Positions 47,616 to 55,914 of a stretch of 64,000 nucleotides of DNA are shown here, piece after piece; within the stretch, counting starts at the first letter, position 1, and the number at the start of each line of letters is the position of its first letter. Source of the stretch: Bacteroidales bacterium (GTDB lineage Bacteria > Bacteroidota > Bacteroidia > Bacteroidales > BM520). Made by a program: the position numbers and the translations under genes. The notes under the pieces are model-generated. The model had not been told where the DNA came from and did no database searches. It saw only the letters and a program-made list of their open reading frames with translations. Location: contig JAQWAE010000001.1 of the NCBI GenBank assembly GCA_028707815.1, forward strand, positions 68,150 through 132,149, in the 5' to 3' direction.

Positions 47616-47723
47616 ATTTTGACAAATAATCGACAAAATTAAGGAAAAATCTTTATAAATTGATGAATAGTCAAAGATTTTTCTTTTACTCCAAAGTTAA
47701 CTTGATTAATCAAAAAAACAATT

Positions 47724-47731
47724 TACCTTTG
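47724..47731 (+). promoter_or_regulatory. -7 box TACCTTTG for the glycyl-radical enzyme gene
   Basis: Exact TAnnTTTG match ending 24 nt upstream of the ATG. Confidence 0.5.
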
Positions 47732-47755
47732 TACATTATTCAATAAACTATTGAT

Positions 47756-50155
47756 ATGAGCAATTCAAGTGAAGCCGTCACAACGCAACAATTTATTAAT
47801 CAAAGGATTACAAAATTGCGACAACTTTCAGTTTCAACGCAGCCATCAATTTCCATAGAAAGGGCATTGATTGAAACCGATTTTTATAAAAGCAACTATG
47901 GAAGATATCCCATACCGTTATTAAGGGCTCTCAACTTTTTAGAGATATGTAAAAAGAAGACCATATATATAGGTGAAGATGAGCTAATTGTTGGAGAAAG
48001 AGGACCAAGTCCGAAAGCTGTCCCTACATTTCCGGAGCTTACGTGTCACTCTATAGAAGATTTTAAGGTATTAAACACTCGTGAGCTTCAGAGATATACA
48101 GTAAAGCAGGAAGATATAGACACTTACAAGCGTGAGGTGATACCATATTGGGAAGGGCGTACACAGCGGGAAAGAATTTTCAATCATGTGCCGGAGACGT
48201 GGAGGCTTTTGTATGAAAGCGGGGTATACACAGAATTTATGGAACAGCGCGCTCCCGGGCACACAGCTCTTGATGCTAAAGTGTATCGTTATGGTATGCT
48301 CGACCTTAAACAGCAAATTCGGGAGCAGTTAGATAAGTTGGATTTTATTAACGACCCTGAAGCCACTGACAAACAAGAAGAGTTAGAGGCGATGTCAATT
48401 TCTTGTGATGCAGCCATAGTCTTTGCTAATCGTCATGCGGATTTAGCAGAAAAAATGGCTAAAACCGAAGTTAACCCGCAAAGGACAAAAGAGTTACTGA
48501 AGATAGCCGAAGTCTGTCGTAATATTCCGGCTCATGCGCCCCGAAATTTTCATGAAGCTATTCAGATGTATTGGTTTGTACATCTTGGCACAATTACAGA
48601 ATTAAACGGTTGGGATGCCATGAACCCCGGACACTTTGACCAGCATCTTGCACCTTTTTATGAAAAAGAAATTGCTGATGGCACTTTAACTCGCGAGCAA
48701 GCCAAAGAGTTGATAGCCTGTTTCTGGATAAAAGTCAACAATCATCCTGCACCACCTAAAGTCGGGATTACAGCAAAAGAAAGTGGTACCTATAACGACT
48801 TCACCAACATAAACCTCGGCGGTTTAAGGTCGAACGGCGCTAATGCTGTCAACGACTTATCATACATCATGCTTGAAGTTTTAGAAGAGCTGCACATTCT
48901 ACAACCCGGATGCTCTATACATATTGCTTCGGTAACACCTGACAGATTTTTGAAAAAAGGCTGTTCTGTCATTAAAAAAGGCTATGGTTATCCTTCTGTC
49001 TTCAACCCTGATGTTTATGTTCAGGAATTGCTACGACAAGGCAAGTCTTTAACTGATGCACGCGAAGGCGGCTGCAGCGGCTGTATCGAAGTCGGTGCTT
49101 TCGGCAAAGAAGCTTATGTGCTGACAGGTTACCTCAACGTACCTAAAATACTCGAACTCACTTTGAACAACGGCTTTGACCCTGTTATAAAAAAACAAAT
49201 CAGCATTAAAACAGGAGAAGCAGAAGCATTTTCTTGCTTTGAAGACCTTTACAAGGCTTTTCTAAAACAATTAAATTATGCCGTAGAGCAGAAAGTTTTA
49301 GTCAGCAATTACATAGACAGGATGTTCGCTAAATATGCACCGGCAACATTTTTATCGCTGTTCATTGACGACTGCATCAAAAAATGCAAAGATTACTATA
49401 ATGGCGGTCCGCGTTACAACACAAATTACATACAATGCACAGGCTTAGGCACAGTAACCGACAGTCTATCTACTCTAAAAAAACATGTTTTTGAAGATAA
49501 GACCTTGTCTATAAACACTTTATTAAAAGCCTTAGGCTCTAACTTTAGCGACTACGAAGTTTTGCGACAATTCATCATAAATCACACTCCGTTTTTTGGC
49601 AATGACAATGATTATGCCGACAGCATAGCTGTAAGGGTATATGATGATTTATATAATGCCATTGAAGGGCAGCCCAACACTAAAGGTGGTGTATATCACA
49701 TGAACATGTTATCCACAACTTGTCACATTTATTTTGGCAAGGTACTTGGTGCGACACCCAACGGCAGATTAGCGGAGAAACCTATCTCCGATGGCACTTC
49801 ACCTTCGCAGGGTGCTGATACTAACGGCTCTGTCTCTGCTATTAAATCGCTCAGTAAATTAGACCAAGTGAAATCCGGTGGAACACTTTTAAACCAAAGA
49901 TTTTTGCCTAATTTGCTACAACGAGATGTAGATATAGAAAAATTTGGAAATCTAATAAAGACCTATTTTGCTCTCGGTGGTCATCATATTCAATTTAACA
50001 TTGTTGATAATGAAACACTTAGAGCCGCACAACGTCATCCTGAAGATTATAATGATTTAATGGTCAGAATGGCAGGTTATAGCGATTATTTTAACGACAT
50101 GAACACTGATTATCAAGAAGAGATAATTCAGCGTACTGAAAATCAGGAAATATAA
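47756..50155 (+). CDS. Glycyl-radical enzyme, PFL2/glycerol-dehydratase family (substrate unknown)
   Basis: The C-terminal glycyl-radical motif is VRMAGYSDYF. The Cys loop is GGCSGCIEVG (C-x-E arrangement). The protein is 799 aa. Confidence 0.85.
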   Translation: MSNSSEAVTTQQFINQRITKLRQLSVSTQPSISIERALIETDFYKSNYGRYPIPLLRALNFLEICKKKTIYIGEDELIVGERGPSPKAVPTFPELTCHSIEDFKVLNTRELQRYTVKQEDIDTYKREVIPYWEGRTQRERIFNHVPETWRLLYESGVYTEFMEQRAPGHTALDAKVYRYGMLDLKQQIREQLDKLDFINDPEATDKQEELEAMSISCDAAIVFANRHADLAEKMAKTEVNPQRTKELLKIAEVCRNIPAHAPRNFHEAIQMYWFVHLGTITELNGWDAMNPGHFDQHLAPFYEKEIADGTLTREQAKELIACFWIKVNNHPAPPKVGITAKESGTYNDFTNINLGGLRSNGANAVNDLSYIMLEVLEELHILQPGCSIHIASVTPDRFLKKGCSVIKKGYGYPSVFNPDVYVQELLRQGKSLTDAREGGCSGCIEVGAFGKEAYVLTGYLNVPKILELTLNNGFDPVIKKQISIKTGEAEAFSCFEDLYKAFLKQLNYAVEQKVLVSNYIDRMFAKYAPATFLSLFIDDCIKKCKDYYNGGPRYNTNYIQCTGLGTVTDSLSTLKKHVFEDKTLSINTLLKALGSNFSDYEVLRQFIINHTPFFGNDNDYADSIAVRVYDDLYNAIEGQPNTKGGVYHMNMLSTTCHIYFGKVLGATPNGRLAEKPISDGTSPSQGADTNGSVSAIKSLSKLDQVKSGGTLLNQRFLPNLLQRDVDIEKFGNLIKTYFALGGHHIQFNIVDNETLRAAQRHPEDYNDLMVRMAGYSDYFNDMNTDYQEEIIQRTENQEI

Positions 50156-50255
50156 ATTGCATTAGAATCATAAGCTAATTCTCTGATTATAACATATTTA
50201 TTAAACCATACAATAATTTTTAAACATTTAATGGCTTTTAAAATCAATAAGACGT

Positions 50256-51062
50256 ATGAAAGGTAAAGTAGTAATAGTAACGGGGGCTTCATCAGGAATA
50301 GGTCTTGCAATTGCTAAATATTTTGCGTTACAAGGCTCTAAGGTTGTACTTGCAGCAAGACGCACTGAGATTTTGGCAGAGATAGAAACAGAATTAAAAT
50401 CAAAGGGTTGTGATGTTTTTGCTGTCACAACTGATGTTACCGATGAAAAATCATGTGAAAACATGGTAAACAAAGTTGTAGAAAAATATGGCAGAATTGA
50501 TGTTTTAATAAACAATGCAGGGATTTCCATGCGAGCGATGTTTAAAGAATGTGACTTATCCGTATTACACAGGGTGATGAATGTAAATTTCTGGGGGACA
50601 ATCAATTGCACTAAATTTGCCTTACCGTTTTTACTTCAGACACAAGGCTCGGTAGTCGGATTAATTTCCATTGCGGGGTACCAGCCGCTTCCGGCTCGCA
50701 CCGCCTATACAGCTTCTAAATTTGCAATCAGGGGCTTTTTAGATACGCTAAGAACAGAATACGGCAGACAAGGGTTACATGTATTGATTGTAGCACCCGG
50801 ATTTATATCCACAAGCATCAGAGAAAAGGCTTTGCTCGCAGATGGACAACAACAAGGAATTACGCCGCGAGACGAAGACAAAATGGTTACACCTGATGCC
50901 GTAGCCAAAGCTGTTTACAGAAATATAAAGCACAGAAACAGATATTTGATAATGACTACATTAGGTGTCGCTACCGTGTTTGTCAGAAAATTTGCACCAC
51001 GATTCACGGATAATATATCTTGTAAACTCATGAAAAAAGAACCGGATTCGCCTTTTAAATAA
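50256..51062 (+). CDS. Classical short-chain dehydrogenase/reductase
   Basis: TGASSGIG cofactor motif, NNAG, and the Y-x3-K active site (YTASKFA). Confidence 0.85.
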   Translation: MKGKVVIVTGASSGIGLAIAKYFALQGSKVVLAARRTEILAEIETELKSKGCDVFAVTTDVTDEKSCENMVNKVVEKYGRIDVLINNAGISMRAMFKECDLSVLHRVMNVNFWGTINCTKFALPFLLQTQGSVVGLISIAGYQPLPARTAYTASKFAIRGFLDTLRTEYGRQGLHVLIVAPGFISTSIREKALLADGQQQGITPRDEDKMVTPDAVAKAVYRNIKHRNRYLIMTTLGVATVFVRKFAPRFTDNISCKLMKKEPDSPFK

Positions 51063-51071
51063 AAGACTTCG

Positions 51072-52763
51072 CTAATAGACAATCTCTTTCTCATCCATTG
51101 TCACTTTTTTGCCGTCAAAAGCTACGCCGATGATGGTGATGTCTTTAACACCTTGCTGCCTTAAACTTGTCATATATTCCTTATCTTCAGCTTGTTTGAT
51201 AGCATCGGCAACGACTTTGTCAGCCGGGTCATTGGTATCGCGCAAAGTTTTCAGCTCGAAGATAAATCCGGGCTTTGTTTTGTCGCGCGGAGAAAGCATG
51301 ATGTCGTATCTTCCGTAACCGGCTTCGGTGTTGCTGGTCACAATATAATCAATCATGTTCACCAACAAGCCGAGCAAAAAAGCCTGATAGGTAGCTTCAC
51401 AGTACTTTCCTAATGTATCGAAGAAAAAGAGTGTCTCTATGATAAACTCCTGAAAAACCTTTCCGAACATATAAAAATCTTTCTTTCTCAAAGAATCAAG
51501 CATCAGCCGCTGACGGTCGTTGGTAACCGGTGCCATGCTGAACCATGTTTGAACCATATTAACATAAGCCATTCTGACTTCCACATTCGGAATAGTCAGT
51601 TTATAGATGTCAAAACATTCTTCATTTCTGTGGTCATGTTCTGCTTTCAAATATCCGGAGAAGTACAAAAAAGACCAGATACTGTCGTCTTTCTGTTTGA
51701 TTTCGGGAAAAATGAGGTCTACGTGGACGTTGTAATATAAGGACTTTCCCTCAACAAGTTGGATAAACTCGTTTTTCAATTGAATAGAGCCTGTAGAAAT
51801 AAGGTTTCTGATGATGTCGTTAGATGAAGTATTTACCCAATAAGGTACAAATCTATGACGAGGGTCTTTGGTAAAATTAAGTATAGACCACGGATTGAAG
51901 ATTGTTGTTTCACCGAAGATATAGCCATCATACCACTTCTTCACATCTTCTCTTAATTCGGCAATATTATAATCCACAAGAATTTTATCGACTTCTTCCA
52001 TAGTAAAGCCAAAATCGGTAGAAGTTTGATAATCTAAAATGGAATAAACAGTACAATTATTCAGTCCGCTGAAGATAGATTCTTTAGTAACACGCATGAT
52101 GCCTGTGACAACGCCGTTCATGAGATATTCGTTATCTTTGTAAGCTGCGCTCATAAAAGAACGGATAAAGCTAATCATGTCGTCATAATATCCGTTAAGC
52201 CATGCAGCCTGAACAGGAGTGTCGTATTCGTCAATGAACACCATCACTCGCTCGTTGTAAAGTTTTGCCAGACCCTCGCAGAGTAAAACGGCAGCACTTG
52301 TCATTTCAAGCCAAGAGGCTTGTTTAAGCATAATTCTTTCAAATAATGATTTCTCAGTTGAATTATATACATCTGCTTTTAACAACTCCGCATGGCTGTT
52401 AAATTCATTGCCTAATTCTTGAGCTATATAATAGAACACTTCTTCCTTTGTTCTACCCTTAGCTTCTTTAAACGAGAAAAAAATCACCGGATAACGTCCC
52501 TGATGTTTGTCGAAGTCTTTCCATTTTTCTATAGATAAGCCTTTGAACAAATCACGGCGTGAAGTACCGTCTTTCTTTTTCTCGAAAAAGCAGCGTAACA
52601 TGGAGATATTCAGTGTTTTACCAAAACGTCTCGGACGAGGCAGGACGGCTATCTTATCTAATTCTTCAATAATTTTTCTGCACAAATCGCTCTTGTCGAT
52701 ATAATAATAATCTTCGCCGATTACTTCTGCAAAATTGCTGATACCTATAGGGATGCGTTTCAT
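51072..52763 (-). CDS. Predicted AAA-ATPase (PF09820-like) fused to a PD-(D/E)XK nuclease domain (PDDEXK_9-like)
   Basis: The N-terminus IPIGISNFAEVI...YYIDKS...LPRPRRFGKT is typical of the Bacteroides AAA-ATPase_like family. The C-terminus GYGRYDIML...GFIFELK fits D...ExK. Start moved to M10 (52763). Confidence 0.7.
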   Translation of the reverse strand: MKRIPIGISNFAEVIGEDYYYIDKSDLCRKIIEELDKIAVLPRPRRFGKTLNISMLRCFFEKKKDGTSRRDLFKGLSIEKWKDFDKHQGRYPVIFFSFKEAKGRTKEEVFYYIAQELGNEFNSHAELLKADVYNSTEKSLFERIMLKQASWLEMTSAAVLLCEGLAKLYNERVMVFIDEYDTPVQAAWLNGYYDDMISFIRSFMSAAYKDNEYLMNGVVTGIMRVTKESIFSGLNNCTVYSILDYQTSTDFGFTMEEVDKILVDYNIAELREDVKKWYDGYIFGETTIFNPWSILNFTKDPRHRFVPYWVNTSSNDIIRNLISTGSIQLKNEFIQLVEGKSLYYNVHVDLIFPEIKQKDDSIWSFLYFSGYLKAEHDHRNEECFDIYKLTIPNVEVRMAYVNMVQTWFSMAPVTNDRQRLMLDSLRKKDFYMFGKVFQEFIIETLFFFDTLGKYCEATYQAFLLGLLVNMIDYIVTSNTEAGYGRYDIMLSPRDKTKPGFIFELKTLRDTNDPADKVVADAIKQAEDKEYMTSLRQQGVKDITIIGVAFDGKKVTMDEKEIVY

Positions 52764-52846
52764 AATGATGATTTTACAATACAACTGCAAATATACGAAA
52801 CAGTTTTAAGATAAGGGAAAAAGCGGAAAGATTTTTTTAATTTAAG

Positions 52847-54493
52847 CTACTCAACAACAACTTTTACTGCTGATTTTATTCCATTCGTGAAAATTGCCGT
52901 AAGCAAATAAATTCCACTACGTAAATTGCTGATATTAATATTTTCGCCATTAAAATCGAAATTGTAGACAGTTGAACCTTTTATATCGCGGATAATTATT
53001 TTCTTAACAGCATCGTTAGATTTTGTTTTTATTGAGATGTAATCAACGGCAGGATTAGGGCTTACGTTTATAATATTGTTAGAAGTGTATTGTTTCATCA
53101 TTGCAAAGAAAGTATCAAAATACGGATAGCCGTCATTGGCACTGCTATTTATAGTCCAAGATTTCCATTTTAGTTCATCTACAAGACACATATTATGCTG
53201 TAACGCATTATCATTCAGTCTAATAACAAAATCTAAAGATTGCATTTCATCTTGCTGCATGCTAATTCCGTATTCATTATTTTCATCGATACAGGCATTT
53301 AGATAAAAAGCATCTGTAATCAAAGTTTGCTCTGTAGCAAATCCGATGACAGCTCCTTTATCATCAACAGCATCTACAATTCCTGTATTATAGCAATTAC
53401 TAATGTTGGCATTTTCGATATTAGCCTCACTGTAGCCGGCAATTCCACCTGCGGAGTTATCAGCACAGACATCACCGATATTATAGCAATTATAATAATT
53501 TGATGTTGCGATTATCCAGCCTGCGATGCCACCGGCTGCGTGTGTTGAAGTTATTTTTCCGGAATTATAGCAATTCAGCACAGAAGAAGCGGCGCCGGCA
53601 ATGCCCACAATGCCGCCTGCATTTTCCGAAGAAGCGATGACGGCACCTTTGTTATGGCAACCATTAATAAAATAAGCTTCGTAGCCGTTGCCTGTAATAC
53701 CTCCGACATTTATCACCCCTTCTACTGTTCCATAGTTAATGCAATTTAAGATGTCAGCATTGTTGCCGCCGAAAAAACCGGATATACCTCCAATAGAACT
53801 ATTACCAGAAACATAAGCCGTGTTGACACAATCATGAACAGGCATATCATAACAAACAGCAGCAATTCCGGCAACATAGCCATCACCATAATGACTACCG
53901 CCGTTAGTACAATTATAGACGGCAGATTTATAAGAATAGCCACAAATACCTGCTACATACCAACTACCGCTGCAATCTGCATAATTTTCGCAGTTGCTTA
54001 CTTCCGTAAAAAAAGACTGTCCCACAATACCGGCGACACAATTAGACATAGCATTTACACTGCCATTAGCAATTATTACATTCATAATCTTTGCATTACT
54101 GCAAAATCCAAACAAACCATAACAATTGACTTTCGGCTGTGTATTTATATACATATTATTGATAGTAAAATTATCACCATCAAAAGTACCATTGAAAGCC
54201 GTTCCTTCTCTATTACTACCTATCGGTGTCCATTCGTGAGCGAGCAAATCTATGTCATCGGTAAGTTCAACACTCTTAGAAGTAAAATCAGTATTAAATT
54301 TATTTATCAACACAGATAAACCTGCAAGTTCCTGAGCGGTAGATATATAAAAAGCAGAGGCTTCTTCATTAAACCATTCTGTAGAATAGTTACCTTCATC
54401 TGTCCAATAAGAAGTAACCGGTTCTAAATTATCGGATTTAGCAATAAAAAATCCGAAGAAGGCAACAATACAAATAACAATTTTTATGTGCAT
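52847..54493 (-). CDS. GLUG-motif repeat protein with a T9SS C-terminal sorting domain
   Basis: G-G-I-(A/S/T/V)-G motifs recur throughout (AGGIAGWI, AGGIAGYS, IGGISGFF, VGGITGNG, AGGIVGIAG). The C-terminus is INVSPNPAVDYISIKT...GIYLLTAIFTNGIKSAVKVVVE. Confidence 0.7.
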   Translation of the reverse strand: MHIKIVICIVAFFGFFIAKSDNLEPVTSYWTDEGNYSTEWFNEEASAFYISTAQELAGLSVLINKFNTDFTSKSVELTDDIDLLAHEWTPIGSNREGTAFNGTFDGDNFTINNMYINTQPKVNCYGLFGFCSNAKIMNVIIANGSVNAMSNCVAGIVGQSFFTEVSNCENYADCSGSWYVAGICGYSYKSAVYNCTNGGSHYGDGYVAGIAAVCYDMPVHDCVNTAYVSGNSSIGGISGFFGGNNADILNCINYGTVEGVINVGGITGNGYEAYFINGCHNKGAVIASSENAGGIVGIAGAASSVLNCYNSGKITSTHAAGGIAGWIIATSNYYNCYNIGDVCADNSAGGIAGYSEANIENANISNCYNTGIVDAVDDKGAVIGFATEQTLITDAFYLNACIDENNEYGISMQQDEMQSLDFVIRLNDNALQHNMCLVDELKWKSWTINSSANDGYPYFDTFFAMMKQYTSNNIINVSPNPAVDYISIKTKSNDAVKKIIIRDIKGSTVYNFDFNGENINISNLRSGIYLLTAIFTNGIKSAVKVVVE

Positions 54494-54494
54494 A

Positions 54495-55823
54495 TTACGA
54501 CACTATTTCACCCATTAAAGTAGCGGCGGTACAATCAACAACTTTCACATTAACATAGTCACCGGCTTTAATTTCGGCACGGTCAAAAATTATAACTTTA
54601 TTTTGGGAATTACAACCAAAGAGTTGTTTATCGGAGCGTTTAGTTTCGCCTTCGACTAACACTTCAAACACTTTACCTACATCTTTTTTATTATTTTCCA
54701 AAGAAGATTGTTGTTGCAGGTCAATAATTTCTTCCAAGCGGCGACTTTTAACATCTTCGGGGACATCATTTGGGAAATGGCGTTGAGCTAAAGTACCCGG
54801 TCGTTCCGAATATTTAAACATAAAAGCCGAATCATATCCGACTTCTTTCATCATCGACAGAGTTTGTTGATGGTCTTCTTCAGTTTCGCCGCAAAATCCG
54901 GCAATAATATCCGTACTTAATCCGCAGTCAGGGATGCGCGTTTTAATAGCATTAATGCGGTCTAAATACCATTCACGGGTATACTTGCGGTTCATCTTTT
55001 TCAACACGGCGGTACTACCCGACTGCATCGGCAGATGAATAAAATTGCAAATGTTGTCGTAACTTGCAATAGTGTCGATAAGTTCATCTGAAAAATCTTT
55101 TGGGTGAGAAGTAGAAAAGCGAACACGTAGTGTCGGACTGACTTTTGCGACTAATGCGATAAGGCTACTAAAATTAATCATCTTACCATCAGCACATTCC
55201 CAATGGTAAGAATTTACATTCTGTCCAAGAAGAGTTATTTCTTTATAGCCATGGTTAAAAAGATAAGTAGCTTCATTTACAATAGTTTCGGGGTCTCTAC
55301 TTCGTTCCTTGCCTCGTGTATAAGGCACAACACAATAAGAACAATAATTTTCGCAGCCGCGCATAATAGAGATGAAAGCACTGACACCGTTACTATCTAT
55401 TCTTACAGGCATAATTTCTCCGTAAGTTTCCTCTTCAGATAATAAAGTTTCAACAGCTTGTCCGGACACTTTCACCATTTCAATCATTTTAGGTAAATCA
55501 CGATACGAATCCGGTCCGGCAATAATATTGACAATAGGTTCTTTTGCAATAAGGTCATCTTTCATTCGCTCTGCCATACAACCAATGACACCGATTATCA
55601 GCAGCGGATTTTTTTTCTTCAAATGGCGAAGATTTTCCAACCTGTGAAAAATTCTGTTTTCAGCATTTTCTCTAATAGAGCAAGTGTTAATTAATATTAT
55701 ATCAGCTTGTTCCACATCTTTAATCAATGTACATTTATTATGTTCAAGTATTGCACCTACAATCTCACTATCGGAGAAATTCATCTGGCAACCATAAGTT
55801 TCTATGTATAGTTTGCTATTCAT
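54495..55823 (-). CDS. miaB: tRNA-i6A37 methylthiotransferase MiaB
   Basis: KLYIETYGCQMN N-terminus, radical-SAM motif CENYCSYC, and a TRAM C-terminus. Start moved from 55958 to M46 (55823), 15 nt downstream of a minus-strand TACTTTTG box. Confidence 0.88.
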   Translation of the reverse strand: MNSKLYIETYGCQMNFSDSEIVGAILEHNKCTLIKDVEQADIILINTCSIRENAENRIFHRLENLRHLKKKNPLLIIGVIGCMAERMKDDLIAKEPIVNIIAGPDSYRDLPKMIEMVKVSGQAVETLLSEEETYGEIMPVRIDSNGVSAFISIMRGCENYCSYCVVPYTRGKERSRDPETIVNEATYLFNHGYKEITLLGQNVNSYHWECADGKMINFSSLIALVAKVSPTLRVRFSTSHPKDFSDELIDTIASYDNICNFIHLPMQSGSTAVLKKMNRKYTREWYLDRINAIKTRIPDCGLSTDIIAGFCGETEEDHQQTLSMMKEVGYDSAFMFKYSERPGTLAQRHFPNDVPEDVKSRRLEEIIDLQQQSSLENNKKDVGKVFEVLVEGETKRSDKQLFGCNSQNKVIIFDRAEIKAGDYVNVKVVDCTAATLMGEIVS

Positions 55824-55837
55824 ATCAAAAAATTTGG

Positions 55838-55845
55838 CAAAAGTA
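55838..55845 (-). promoter_or_regulatory. -7 box (TACTTTTG on the minus strand) for miaB
   Basis: Exact TAnnTTTG match. It lies inside the over-extended ORF-track N-terminus. Confidence 0.45.
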
Positions 55846-55914
55846 ACTAAATTTGGAAAATTTTGATTTACTTTGCGGCGTTTTTTAATTAGATAGGGAA
55901 ATAGATAGAAAGAA

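Noticed and set aside
47658-47676. FNR/CRP-like TTGAT...GTCAA upstream of the glycyl-radical enzyme gene
   Set aside because: The spacing is 5 nt rather than 4, and one half-site is mismatched. I kept it only as a comment within the inverted-repeat finding.
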